Shown: positions 1 to 10,013, counted from the first letter of the stretch. The stretch: DNA of 34,652 nt from Elusimicrobiota bacterium (GCA_028278255.1 JANQER010000057.1:1-34652), one strand, 5' to 3'. The notes: generated by a model not told the origin, from the sequence alone. A program made the numbers and translations.

Positions 1-1
1 G

Positions 2-697
2 AGCCCGGCTTCATTGGTTATTGGCATGCCTGGTGAAACCAGTCAGACCATTGCCGAAACAACTGATTTTTTAGCCCAGGCCATGGAACACCAGCTTGAA
101 CCGCCGCATAAGCGGGTAAGCATCAACTACATTCAAGTGCTTCCCGGCACCCCTGTGTACGAATACGCTCGGGCCAAAGGGCATATTGGTACAACGCCGG
201 CAGAAGAAGAAAAATATCTGATTAAAATATCAGATGTGGACGCTTGTGAAGACACAAAGCTCATTAATTTAACAAGTGCTGACTACTTCACGCTCCAAAC
301 ATGGCGGCACCTCATGCTCTTGGAATTGGAAGTCCGTTGGTACAAGCGCCGTCAATGGAAAAAATTTGGCCCTGTGCCAATATCCGCTTATGAACGAAAG
401 GATTACCACACCCAAGGGTACTTTAACCTGAAAAAACTTATCAATCATCCGGCTTCCTACAGACTCATTTGGCCGGTCCGAAGGGTGTTTTATTTATGTT
501 ACGTGATTGTCAAGGATCTTATTAGAATGCCATTCAAACAAGTGATGGCATTGATGTGTGATTTAATAAAAAATCATTTGGGCCGCCGCCCGGAACGCTT
601 TGACTATAGATCACTCCGTAAAATTGTCAATGAATGGCCCAAAAAAAGCGCTACCTTGACGGAAAAAAACATGTGGATTTTGCGAGAAGGCCGGTAA
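2..697 (+). CDS. radical SAM enzyme, C-terminal fragment (5' end outside window)
   Basis: The frame stays open back to position 2. The translation VIGMPGETSQTIAETTDFL...INYIQVLPGTPVYEYA resembles the G-x-PGET segment after the radical SAM barrel. The same motif (MFGLPGETENDFNGLLDFL) recurs in the complete ORF at 7126-9060, so the two look paralogous. Confidence 0.6.
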   Translation, partial: SPASLVIGMPGETSQTIAETTDFLAQAMEHQLEPPHKRVSINYIQVLPGTPVYEYARAKGHIGTTPAEEEKYLIKISDVDACEDTKLINLTSADYFTLQTWRHLMLLELEVRWYKRRQWKKFGPVPISAYERKDYHTQGYFNLKKLINHPASYRLIWPVRRVFYLCYVIVKDLIRMPFKQVMALMCDLIKNHLGRRPERFDYRSLRKIVNEWPKKSATLTEKNMWILREGR

Positions 698-712
698 AAC
701 CAATCAGGAGCA

Positions 713-2629
713 TTGACGCGCATGTCAATAGGCACACTTTGCACAGACCCGTTTCTTCAGACGTATTTAAAAAACAAAGGCATACAAGCCCAAGTGTTTG
801 ACGCCCTCTTAACGCCTGCTGACAAGCAGGCCATGCTGGAGGCTCTTCATGATTTTGCGTCACATTGGTTTATGGATTCGCATGGAAATGACTACACTGA
901 ATACAGGGGCGTTTCCATCGGAAGCGCCATTCGTGACGAAATCATGACCCTTTTTTGCCTGTGGCTGCACATGGACAGGATCATGCGTCAGTGCCAGGGA
1001 CGTATGCCCAGCCATGTGTATCAGTCCGCTTCTTGTGAGTTTCCACCCATGGTTGAAAAATATTTTGCATTTCTCGGGTGCTCTCTTGCAACGGAAAACA
1101 TTGATTATCCCTATTTCAGCTTTAAAAAATTTCGTCATTACTATATTCGCAACAATCTCACTTACATCCCGCTTGCCGTGGACGGCGACACAACAAGCCG
1201 GTTTACCATACGCATTATTATCAAAAACATGATCAAGGCCGGCTTAATCAAACTATTGAATCTGGCTGGCGCCAACAAACCTTATTTCTATTGCCAGGTG
1301 CTCAGGCGGCTTGTTCCTTTTTATCAATCATACTTCACATCAGGAGCGTATAAAAAGACCGGGCTCAGGCTGATTCTCAATTCCCGAAAAATACCTGACA
1401 AGGACAGCCGGCGCACGGGTATTTTTGGCCGTTCGTTTGAAATCATTATGCTGCTTTTCAAGGGTGTGCGCCCAGAAATGATCACACCTATCGGGCCCTG
1501 GGAAGCAGAACCTTCTGACAGCCAAAAAAGCACAGCTTTCAAGACCCAGGTCCTGGCTGAATTCAAAAAAGTGTCTGCTTCGCTCTTGTCAAAGCTGGGC
1601 TTGGCGCATGGCGAATTTTTTGAAAAAGAATTCACCTTGTTTCTCAGCAACAACCTGTTGTCATTTGCCGGGCTCATTGACGTGTACTATAAAAAATTCG
1701 AGAATAAAAACTTTTTTGGCTCTGTTCAGGAGGTGGTGCCGTCTCTCCAGATGCAGGTGATGGCGCGCTGCAAAAAAAGAACTGTTTTGGTGCCGCCGAA
1801 TCAGATGCTTCACAATCAATACATGACAGCTCATGCGCTCAAAAAAACCCAAGGATACGTCAAAGTCATTGCCCTGTCTGACTATGACAAAACCCGATAC
1901 ATGCGGTTGGGGTTTAACCAACGAGATATCATAGTGGATGACAAATTGCTGCTGGACCGGTATAATGACACTCTCAGGCCTTTTAAACCCATGGACAACT
2001 TTAAAAACAAAAAGGTTCTTGTTATTCCGCCGTTTATCTACGCCCTTGACACATTTCGTCATTTATATGACAGTCGCTCATGCATAACTTATTTTAGAAA
2101 TTTGTTCAGTGTCTTAAATAGGGTTGGATGTATTGATGTTATTGTCCGACAGCATCCCGGAGTCGATAAAACGGGCATCAATAACAGAGGATATACAATG
2201 AAACATTTTTTTCAAAAGCTTTTGGACAATATTATGTCATCTAGTCAATTCTCCTTTTCTTTAAGTTATTCAGACAGTTTGTACAACAGACTGGCGCAGG
2301 ACGTGGAAAAATGCGATATAGTGATAGGCACAATCAGCGGAACCATTATGGAATCACTTGTTTTGGGAAGAGACTATATTGTCTATGATCAATCTGTCGC
2401 GCCTTTCCCTGGAAAGTTGGAAGGGTCAATTGTTCATGATGGGATTATAAAAAGATGCACAACAATGAAAGAGCTGGAAGAACGCGTCTTCAATTATGAG
2501 CCGATTGACCGGGATGCGTTGTTCAAAAAACACTACCCGGCTCTGTTAAAGAAACCCTCCCCAAAACGAGACTCCTATCAGGAGTTGCTGAAGCTTTTTA
2601 TGGGGCAGGAGGCAGTTCGGAACATATGA
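713..2629 (+). CDS. large orphan protein of the glycan locus, possibly a GT-B/capsule-synthesis-type transferase (function uncertain)
   Basis: 638-aa ORF starting 15 nt after the previous stop, with an alternative ATG at 722. Its stop overlaps the next start (ATGA at 2626). The C-terminal third (VLVIPPF...VIVRQHPG...CDIVIGTISGTIMESLVLG) resembles the nucleotide-sugar-binding half of KpsS/TagF-like transferases. I recognise no firm motif. Coding status is high; function is low confidence. Confidence 0.5.
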   Translation: MTRMSIGTLCTDPFLQTYLKNKGIQAQVFDALLTPADKQAMLEALHDFASHWFMDSHGNDYTEYRGVSIGSAIRDEIMTLFCLWLHMDRIMRQCQGRMPSHVYQSASCEFPPMVEKYFAFLGCSLATENIDYPYFSFKKFRHYYIRNNLTYIPLAVDGDTTSRFTIRIIIKNMIKAGLIKLLNLAGANKPYFYCQVLRRLVPFYQSYFTSGAYKKTGLRLILNSRKIPDKDSRRTGIFGRSFEIIMLLFKGVRPEMITPIGPWEAEPSDSQKSTAFKTQVLAEFKKVSASLLSKLGLAHGEFFEKEFTLFLSNNLLSFAGLIDVYYKKFENKNFFGSVQEVVPSLQMQVMARCKKRTVLVPPNQMLHNQYMTAHALKKTQGYVKVIALSDYDKTRYMRLGFNQRDIIVDDKLLLDRYNDTLRPFKPMDNFKNKKVLVIPPFIYALDTFRHLYDSRSCITYFRNLFSVLNRVGCIDVIVRQHPGVDKTGINNRGYTMKHFFQKLLDNIMSSSQFSFSLSYSDSLYNRLAQDVEKCDIVIGTISGTIMESLVLGRDYIVYDQSVAPFPGKLEGSIVHDGIIKRCTTMKELEERVFNYEPIDRDALFKKHYPALLKKPSPKRDSYQELLKLFMGQEAVRNI

Positions 2630-3402
2630 AAATAATTCGATATAAAAAATCAGAAACAGTGGATTCTTATGGATTGCTCGAGGGGCAAAGGATCGTCCCT
2701 ATTGTTGGGCCCCCTTATGGTCATTTAAATGAGCTGCAAAAAGAAAAGTCTATTGATTACAGTCAACATTTACTTCTTCCCCCCTGTGAACCCACAAAAA
2801 TTATTGCCTTGGCATTGAATTTTGAGGGGATAGATGGCCAGGAAAAAGACATTATTGAGCCGTTGGTTTTTCTCAAAAGCAGCAATGCTGTTGCTGGTAT
2901 AAATGACATCATTGAATTACCGTTTATCCAAAACACATGGGGTGAGCCTGAAATAGGCGCTGTTATAGGAAAAACAACAAAAGACATCTCAATGGATTTT
3001 GTTGATGAACACATATTAGGCTATACCCCTGCCAATGATGTCAGCTGTGATAATGTTAATAACCGTGACCATCATTTGCTACGGTCAAAAGCCGCTGATG
3101 GGTTCTGTCCCATTGGTCCTTATATAGAGACTGAATATGATCCAAATGGCAAGACGCTTGAAGCCTATCACAATGACCAATTAATCAGAAAAGGCAGCAC
3201 AGACGCCATGTTATGGGATTTAAAGAAAGCCATTCAATGGCTGTCCACATGGATAACACTTCACCCCGGTGATATTGTGTTGTCCGGGTGTCCGCCCTAC
3301 GTGCGTGACCCCTTGTATTTAATGCATGGCGATGTTTTTAAAGTCAAAATTCAGGGATTGCCAGCATTAACGACCCAATTCAAAAAAGGACAAAACACAT
3401 GA
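2626..3402 (+). CDS. fumarylacetoacetate hydrolase (FAH) family enzyme (2-oxo-acid hydratase/isomerase/decarboxylase type)
   Basis: Start overlaps the upstream stop. Motifs EPEIGAVIGK, GYTPANDVS, RSKAADGFCPIGPYI and ITLHPGDIVLSG are typical of the FAH/HpcE-like fold. Confidence 0.75.
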   Translation: MKIIRYKKSETVDSYGLLEGQRIVPIVGPPYGHLNELQKEKSIDYSQHLLLPPCEPTKIIALALNFEGIDGQEKDIIEPLVFLKSSNAVAGINDIIELPFIQNTWGEPEIGAVIGKTTKDISMDFVDEHILGYTPANDVSCDNVNNRDHHLLRSKAADGFCPIGPYIETEYDPNGKTLEAYHNDQLIRKGSTDAMLWDLKKAIQWLSTWITLHPGDIVLSGCPPYVRDPLYLMHGDVFKVKIQGLPALTTQFKKGQNT

Positions 3403-4286
3403 AATGTTTGATTTGTAAGCAAAAAAACTTCGCCCGTGTGAGTGAACGTATTAGAGAGGGAAAAAGAAACGTTTTTCAATGTCAGGGCTGTGGGTTTGTG
3501 TTTTTAGAGCCTATCAAAGACTCTGTTGACTACACCAAAGATTATGGCGCCAAGCTGTTTGATGATTCATGGGATTTAGATGCCGCTATGAAAGCAAGGG
3601 CTGAAAGCCTAAAAAAAACAATCGATGACATAGATCAAGAACTGATGCAAACACCGGGCTTACGTTGTTTAGAGATAGGCGCAGGGGTCGGGGCATCGGT
3701 TTACGGATTAAAACAAAAAAACAACAACTATGCGGTGGATGTTATCGAGCCCAATGCCAAGCTCAAAGACCATTTAACCTCAGTTTTTGATCCCATTAAT
3801 GTTTATACGTCTTTTTCTGATATTAAAAAAACCTATAACGCCATCTACGGCATACATGTGTTTGAGCATTTCCTTAAACCCTATGAACAGCTGGCCATTA
3901 TAGAAAAATGCGCTGCGCCCAAGGCCCGTTTGTACCTGCAGTTTCCCAATTGGGATGACTATTATCTTTCGACGCTTGAAGGTACAAGCCTGAGAAACTA
4001 TATAGAATTCATGCTCCATACTGCGCACGATTACTATTACTCCATCAAAAACATTGAGCGGCTTTTCAAACAGACCAACTGGGACATTGTCAAAATATGG
4101 ACCATGCAGGATTATTCAATTGCCAATTATTACCATTGGATATTTTGTGGGCAGCCAATGAAGAACATAGCTGTGGCCACAGAAATGGGCCATGAATTAA
4201 GAGAAGTGAACAATGTTTTTCACAAAGCTTTGGAACAATCCAGCCAAGGCAATAATCTTTGCTGTTTATTGCAGCGCAAAGATTAA
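3399..4286 (+). CDS. class I SAM-dependent methyltransferase with N-terminal CxxC...CxxC zinc ribbon (sugar C-/O-methyltransferase-like)
   Basis: ATGA overlap with the upstream gene. N-terminus has CLICKQ...CQGCGF. SAM motif I is LEIGAGVGAS. The architecture resembles NDP-sugar methyltransferases. Confidence 0.7.
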   Translation: MKCLICKQKNFARVSERIREGKRNVFQCQGCGFVFLEPIKDSVDYTKDYGAKLFDDSWDLDAAMKARAESLKKTIDDIDQELMQTPGLRCLEIGAGVGASVYGLKQKNNNYAVDVIEPNAKLKDHLTSVFDPINVYTSFSDIKKTYNAIYGIHVFEHFLKPYEQLAIIEKCAAPKARLYLQFPNWDDYYLSTLEGTSLRNYIEFMLHTAHDYYYSIKNIERLFKQTNWDIVKIWTMQDYSIANYYHWIFCGQPMKNIAVATEMGHELREVNNVFHKALEQSSQGNNLCCLLQRKD

Positions 4287-4328
4287 AATCAATTTTTTAA
4301 CAGCACATTTATTGAGCACGGAGGTTAT

Positions 4329-5093
4329 ATGAAAACAGTTGTTGGTATTCCGGCGCGTTTGGGTTCTTCACGTTTTCCTGGCAAGCCTCTCAAAGACATA
4401 TGCGGCAAGCCCATGATTGAGCATGTGTTTCGGCGATGTGAGCTGTCTGATATGATTGACTATGCATTTATTGCCACTTGCGATGAGGAAATAAAAAAAT
4501 GGGCTGAAAAAGCAGGCTGCCGTGTTGTCATGACCAGCCCGGACATTGAGCGGCCGGGTCTGCGCGTGGCAGAGGCATGTAAAGGCCTTGGATTAAACGA
4601 TGATGACATTGTTGTGATTGTGCAAGGAGATGAACCCTTGGTGCATCCTGACATGATGAATGTGGCCATTCAACCCTTGCTGGAGGATGACAATGTTTTT
4701 TGTGTTAACCTTGGGGCTGACATGACTGAGGATCAATGGCAGGATCCCAATGAAATAAAAATGGTTTGTGACAAAAACATGAACGCACTTTACATGTCCA
4801 GAAGTCCGATCCCTTCCCGGGTCCATCCGGAAAAACCTTTTATCGGCCCCAGATGGCGTCAAGTCTGCATCATGCCTTTCCGAAAAAAATCATTGCTGCA
4901 GTTTCAGGAAATGGCGCCCTGTCCTTTGGAAAAAGCCGAATCCATAGAAATGCTGCGGGCCATTGAGCATGGGCTGATCGTGCGCATTGTCAAAAGTCCG
5001 TCACTCAGCAAATCCGTTGATAATGAAGCAGACAGATTGGAAGTGGAAAAAATAATGAAAAACGATTTGATATACGAAAAACATGGTTTTTAA
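4329..5093 (+). CDS. KdsB-like cytidylyltransferase (CMP-ulosonic acid synthetase family)
   Basis: The N-terminus MKTVVGIPARLGSSRFPGKPLKDICGKPMIEHV is the signature P-loop of CMP-Kdo/acylneuraminate cytidylyltransferases. The internal VQGDEP motif is present. GGAGG RBS lies 6 nt upstream. Confidence 0.8.
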   Translation: MKTVVGIPARLGSSRFPGKPLKDICGKPMIEHVFRRCELSDMIDYAFIATCDEEIKKWAEKAGCRVVMTSPDIERPGLRVAEACKGLGLNDDDIVVIVQGDEPLVHPDMMNVAIQPLLEDDNVFCVNLGADMTEDQWQDPNEIKMVCDKNMNALYMSRSPIPSRVHPEKPFIGPRWRQVCIMPFRKKSLLQFQEMAPCPLEKAESIEMLRAIEHGLIVRIVKSPSLSKSVDNEADRLEVEKIMKNDLIYEKHGF

Positions 5094-5105
5094 AAAGGAG
5101 GTCCC

Positions 5106-5864
5106 ATGAGACCCAACACATTGCTTAAAAAAATAAAAGCAGGGCAGCCTATTTTAGGCACATGGTCAATGACTTGTTCGCGAGCTGTTGTGGAAGCCAT
5201 GGGATATGCTGGGCTTGATTTTGTCATTATTGATATGGAACACGGTGTCATGTCTATGGAAACAGCCGAAGATCTTGTGCGTGCTGCTCAGGTCTCAGGA
5301 TGTCAGCCCATTATCCGGCTTGGCAATGCTGATGAATCCCTGATACTCAAAGCGCTTGAAACCGGTTGTGGCGCGCTCATGATTCCGCATGTGTCCACGC
5401 CAGCACAGGCCCAAAAAATAGTGCAGGCCTGTAAATACGCGCCTGAAGGCACGCGCGGGTTATCGCCTTACACGCGGCCGCACGAATTTGACCATGCCAA
5501 CATACAAAAAAGCATGGCTGAAAACAACAAAGACACGTTTGTGGGTGTTTTGGTAGAAGGGGAGGCAGGCATCAAAAATCTGGAATCCATTGCCCAGGTG
5601 CCTGGCTTAGACATGATCTACACCGGGATATTTGACATTTCCCAGGTCATGGGCGTGCCAGGTCAGCTGGACCACCCAAAAGTCATGGACACGCAAAAAA
5701 AATGCGTGGCTGCCTGCAAATCCAACAATGTGATGCCAGGCACCTTTGCGCGGGATGAAAACTGTTTGAAAGAAACCAAGGAGATGGGCTATCAATTCAT
5801 TGCCTATTCTTGCGATTCACATGTCCTTAAAAAATCCTATAAAGCTATCGCAGATGCATTTTAA
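5106..5864 (+). CDS. HpcH/HpaI family class II (pyruvate-dependent) aldolase
   Basis: LGTWSMTCSRAVVEAMGYAGLDFVIIDMEHG and MIPHVSTPAQAQ are characteristic of 2,4-dihydroxyhept-2-ene-1,7-dioate aldolase-like enzymes. AAGGAGG RBS lies upstream. Confidence 0.8.
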   Translation: MRPNTLLKKIKAGQPILGTWSMTCSRAVVEAMGYAGLDFVIIDMEHGVMSMETAEDLVRAAQVSGCQPIIRLGNADESLILKALETGCGALMIPHVSTPAQAQKIVQACKYAPEGTRGLSPYTRPHEFDHANIQKSMAENNKDTFVGVLVEGEAGIKNLESIAQVPGLDMIYTGIFDISQVMGVPGQLDHPKVMDTQKKCVAACKSNNVMPGTFARDENCLKETKEMGYQFIAYSCDSHVLKKSYKAIADAF

Positions 5865-5936
5865 TTTTTTTGGCAACAGCAACCATATGGGAAGAAAATT
5901 TATTGTCTTTTAGGAAAGTCTGAAGGGGAATGATTT

Positions 5937-7004
5937 ATGTCAACAGAACAGAATAAGTTAAAATATGTACAGTTTTTACAGAATAGAAGTAAAGAAGAAG
6001 CAAAGACTATATATTATCAGAGGATAAAAGACGCTAAACATATTTTTCAAAAACATAGAGATTCATTTTTTATTCGTAATTGTCCGTTCTGTGATTCACC
6101 TGATTTTCGAAATTTAGAGAAATTTCATGATACTTATGATGTAAGCGCCTGTAACCGCTGCTCCGGTTGTTTTGTTAACCCTGTTCCGAGTTTAGAAGCG
6201 TTAAATGATTATTATAATAATTCTAAATGCAATATTTTGCAGCATAATTTAGTTAGAAAAAGAAAAAGTAAATCTAGTGATTTCATAGTTGATGATAGGG
6301 TCGTGAAAGTTATCGATTATATCGTATCTAAAAAGCACAAAAATCAAGAAAAAATTAGGATTCTAGAAGTGGGTTGCGGCTCTGGTTCTTTTTTATCAAA
6401 ATTAAAGAAATCAATTGAGTCTTCATTTAAGAATAAATATTGTATTGAGTATTGTGGTATAGATATTGACAAAAACGCAATCGATTCAAAAGTAGATAAT
6501 AATCTTAATCTTGTGCATAGTAGTATTGAAGACTTTACGCAACGATACGGTGGTTTGTTTGATATAATTTTACACTTTGAACTAATTGAACATCTCATTG
6601 ATCCATTTCGCTTTATGAGAGATTCCAAAAAACTATTAAGAAAAAATGGGGTTATGATCTTTACTACGCCAAACCATAATGGAGCTGAAATAGTGGCATC
6701 GGATTATAATTCATATCGACTGCTGGCACACAGCATCTTTCCCCCTATGCACTTAAATGCTTTCAGTATTATAAATATTTTGCATTTTGCAATCAGATGT
6801 GAATTTAATGTGGTAGATATATCAACGCCAGGCAAGCTTGATGTTAGTATGATTACTGAAACAAAAGAATATTTAAGAGATATAGGATTCAAAACATTAG
6901 CATGCCTTAATGATGAAACTAAGGGAATAATTCAATATTTGTTATCAAAGTTAAAAGTAAGTAGCCATATGTTATGTGTATTAGAGTCTAGCAGGGAAGA
7001 CTAA
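5937..7004 (+). CDS. class I SAM-dependent methyltransferase with N-terminal zinc ribbon, sitting in an AT-rich island
   Basis: CPFCDS...CNRCSGCF zinc ribbon, then SAM motif I LEVGCGSGSF. Sampled 60-nt stretches are about 27-30% GC, against about 45-58% in the neighbouring genes. Confidence 0.75.
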   Translation: MSTEQNKLKYVQFLQNRSKEEAKTIYYQRIKDAKHIFQKHRDSFFIRNCPFCDSPDFRNLEKFHDTYDVSACNRCSGCFVNPVPSLEALNDYYNNSKCNILQHNLVRKRKSKSSDFIVDDRVVKVIDYIVSKKHKNQEKIRILEVGCGSGSFLSKLKKSIESSFKNKYCIEYCGIDIDKNAIDSKVDNNLNLVHSSIEDFTQRYGGLFDIILHFELIEHLIDPFRFMRDSKKLLRKNGVMIFTTPNHNGAEIVASDYNSYRLLAHSIFPPMHLNAFSIINILHFAIRCEFNVVDISTPGKLDVSMITETKEYLRDIGFKTLACLNDETKGIIQYLLSKLKVSSHMLCVLESSRED

Positions 7005-7125
7005 GAGTTATAACCAAAAGTTGTGGGTGAAGTGATTTAAGAAGATGTAAAAAAAGCGTAGCCTGTCTGGTGAAATCAAACAAAAACCGGTGGTAAGAGC
7101 CACCGAAACCCAGAAGGATACGCTC

Positions 7126-9060
7126 ATGAATAAAAACAAATTAGATGAAGGGAAAAATCCAGAAGAAAATAAGAAAAATCGCCAAACAACAGGAGTTCAT
7201 ATGGAAGTGGTATTGTTGCAATTGCCGTTTTGGGGCGTTGGCTGCCCGCCGTTGGGATTGGCCCTGTTGAAAAGTTATCTGGGACAAAACAACATCTCTT
7301 GCCGGATATTTGATGTCAATGCACAAGCCTTTTGTCTGCGCGGGAAAAAATTTCATGACTATTGGGATATGCAACACGGCATCAACTATTCCATGGATGA
7401 AGAAATTGTCGCGCGCTATTATCATGACAACCGGGCTTTATTCCTTTATTACATAGGTGAAATAATAAAATTAGACCCCAAAGTTGTCGGTGTTTCCTGT
7501 CAGGGCACAAGCTTGATCATGAACAAGTTGTTTTTACGGGATTTAAGAAAAAATTGTCCAGGGATCAAACATGTCATGGGCGGTCCTGAAGTGGCATTTT
7601 TTATGAACAATGCCGAAAGATTATTGTCGTCAGGCTATGTGGATGCCGTTAGCCTTGATGAGGGAGAAAAAAGTCTGCTGCAATATGTTGGCAATATCAC
7701 AGCCGGGATTGTTAAACCGGTGGAGGGAATGGTTTTAAAAGAGCAAGATGCCATCGTGAAGGGGGGGGTAGCGACGCCCATTAAAAACCTAAATGATTTG
7801 CCATTCCCTGATTACGATGATTTTGATTTTAATCAATACGTGTCCAATAGGACATTGGGGAGCTACACCTCAAGAGGCTGCATCAATCAATGCATGTACT
7901 GCACGGCAAAAAATTTTATGAAAACTTTTCGATTCAGGAGTGCTCAGAGGATTTTTGAAGAAATTGTGCATCTGAGAAAACGATATCCTCAAATTGACAC
8001 CATACGATTTTGTGACAACATCTCAAATGCCAACATTCGGGAACTCGATAAATTTTGTGATTTGCTGATCAGCAATAACGTCAAAGTCCATTGGAATCTG
8101 GAAAACGCTGTGATGCGCAAAGAAATGGCATTGCCGTTATACAAAAAATTAAAAAAAGCCGGTTGTCAGTTAATCGGCTATGGCATGGAAACTTCTTCCC
8201 CGGCGTTATTGGACAAAATCGGAAAGACATTGTCAAAGGGGTTGGATCTATCGCGTGTGTTGCGCGAAGGGAAAAAAGCCGGTATATATATGTGTGTGAA
8301 TGTTATGTTTGGCTTGCCCGGGGAGACCGAAAATGATTTTAACGGATTGCTGGATTTCCTGAAACATAACAGAAAATACATTAGCATGATTAACCCCTCT
8401 ATCACATTCTGTGAATTCTATCCTGGTTCAGACGGCTATCAGACCCCTGAAAAATTCGGAATTAATTTGAAAAAAGGATCTCTCTTTTGGGAGTCAACAG
8501 ATGGAAAAAACACGTACCCTGTCCGGATGAAGCGTTTTGAGTTGTTTTGTTCAAGATCAAGGGCTTACAAGTTGGACAATTTGATTGATGTCGAGGAGTT
8601 GCCCAATAAAGATGTGCTGATGTTTAAATACTATTGTCAGAGTGGGATGTTAGATGAGGCGCATGAGGCGTATCGCCGGATCTCCCCGGAATTCCGTACA
8701 CGATCAATACAAAGCATATATCAAGCGGCAAAAAAGGGGGACTCAGTCGTAGAAAACCAGGAGGAGGTCGTAAACGCAGTGCCTTTTTTGCAAGGTAAGA
8801 CTTTTAAAGAAACGCTGCTAAAAAACGCGCTGGCTGATTTTATTCAAAACTTGGAAAAAGATGATCCCTTTAAAGACGACTTTATGAAACCCTGGAAAAA
8901 AAAGCTAAGAAAAATGTTTCATCGGATCATCGGATACGATAAAATAGACAAAAAAATCAATTCAGTTTATGCCCTTGTTAAAATGGTTGACAACAAAATT
9001 ATGTTTTCACAAAAACCAACAGACCACGCCGGTGGTCCCTATCATGTCAAGAGTGGTTGA
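7126..9060 (+). CDS. B12-binding-domain radical SAM enzyme
   Basis: N-terminal VVLLQLPFWGVGCPPLGLALLKSYL (cobalamin-binding-like Rossmann segment). CxxxCxxC cluster motif SRGCINQCMYCTA, and GLPGET. The track starts at GTG 7090, but ATG 7126 has an AGAAGGA RBS 8 nt upstream, so I prefer it. Confidence 0.85.
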   Translation: MNKNKLDEGKNPEENKKNRQTTGVHMEVVLLQLPFWGVGCPPLGLALLKSYLGQNNISCRIFDVNAQAFCLRGKKFHDYWDMQHGINYSMDEEIVARYYHDNRALFLYYIGEIIKLDPKVVGVSCQGTSLIMNKLFLRDLRKNCPGIKHVMGGPEVAFFMNNAERLLSSGYVDAVSLDEGEKSLLQYVGNITAGIVKPVEGMVLKEQDAIVKGGVATPIKNLNDLPFPDYDDFDFNQYVSNRTLGSYTSRGCINQCMYCTAKNFMKTFRFRSAQRIFEEIVHLRKRYPQIDTIRFCDNISNANIRELDKFCDLLISNNVKVHWNLENAVMRKEMALPLYKKLKKAGCQLIGYGMETSSPALLDKIGKTLSKGLDLSRVLREGKKAGIYMCVNVMFGLPGETENDFNGLLDFLKHNRKYISMINPSITFCEFYPGSDGYQTPEKFGINLKKGSLFWESTDGKNTYPVRMKRFELFCSRSRAYKLDNLIDVEELPNKDVLMFKYYCQSGMLDEAHEAYRRISPEFRTRSIQSIYQAAKKGDSVVENQEEVVNAVPFLQGKTFKETLLKNALADFIQNLEKDDPFKDDFMKPWKKKLRKMFHRIIGYDKIDKKINSVYALVKMVDNKIMFSQKPTDHAGGPYHVKSG

Positions 9061-9072
9061 TGAACGAGGGAG

Positions 9073-10008
9073 ATGAATGTGCCAAAATATAAAATACTGA
9101 TCGCCACAAGCTCATTTGGAGATTACGATAGCGCGCCTCTGGCTCATCTGCGGGATCAGGGGTATGAGGTGGCTCTCAACCCTTTTAAAAGAACGCTCAA
9201 AAGCCAAGAAATTGTCCAGTTGGCGCAAGGTTGCATGGGCATACTGGCCGGAACCGAACCCTATACCTCGGACATCTTTGAACAGTTGCCTGCGTTACGA
9301 GTGATCAGTCGGTGCGGTGCTGGGTTAGACACTGTGGATGTGCAGGCTGCTGACAAAAAAGGCATTGCGGTTTTTTCGACGCCGTATGGTCCCACACAAT
9401 CCGTGGCAGAGCTTACAGTGGGAATGGTCATGAGCCTGATCCGCGGGGTACAAACATCCTGTGCCCGAATGCGGCGTGGTTCTTGGAAAAAAGACATGGG
9501 CTATCTGTTGTCCGAGCTCCCCATGGGCATCATTGGCCTCGGACGAATAGGAAAAACAGTTGCAGAAATTTTAAAACGTCTGGGCGCATCTGTGTCAGGG
9601 TGTGATCAGCAACCGGACACGGTTTGGGCTGCTCAAAATGGCATTGGCCTCAAAGAAAGAGACCAAATTCTTAAAACCAATAGAGTGATCTGTTTGCATA
9701 TTTCCTATGATCAGAAAACGCGTCATTTTCTCGATTCAAAAGCAATGTCCATGATGATGCCTGGAAGCTTTGTCATCAACACATCTCGCGGTGGTCTGGT
9801 GGATGAAGGCGCTTTGGTTCAGGCCTTAACATCCGGCCATTTGGCCGGCGCCGCATTGGATGTGTTTGAGCAGGAGCCATATCAAGGCCCGCTCAAAGAT
9901 CTGGACAACGTGATTCTCACGCCGCATATTGGTTCGTACGCGCGCGCAGGCCGGATAAAAATGGAGACAGAAGCAGCCAACAACCTCATTACAGCATTGA
10001 ACGCATAA
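9073..10008 (+). CDS. D-isomer-specific 2-hydroxyacid dehydrogenase (phosphoglycerate dehydrogenase-like)
   Basis: NAD-binding GIIGLGRIGKTVA, then INTSRGGLVDE and the catalytic region TPHIGS. GAGGGAG RBS upstream. Confidence 0.85.
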   Translation: MNVPKYKILIATSSFGDYDSAPLAHLRDQGYEVALNPFKRTLKSQEIVQLAQGCMGILAGTEPYTSDIFEQLPALRVISRCGAGLDTVDVQAADKKGIAVFSTPYGPTQSVAELTVGMVMSLIRGVQTSCARMRRGSWKKDMGYLLSELPMGIIGLGRIGKTVAEILKRLGASVSGCDQQPDTVWAAQNGIGLKERDQILKTNRVICLHISYDQKTRHFLDSKAMSMMMPGSFVINTSRGGLVDEGALVQALTSGHLAGAALDVFEQEPYQGPLKDLDNVILTPHIGSYARAGRIKMETEAANNLITALNA

Positions 10009-10013
10009 TTTTT

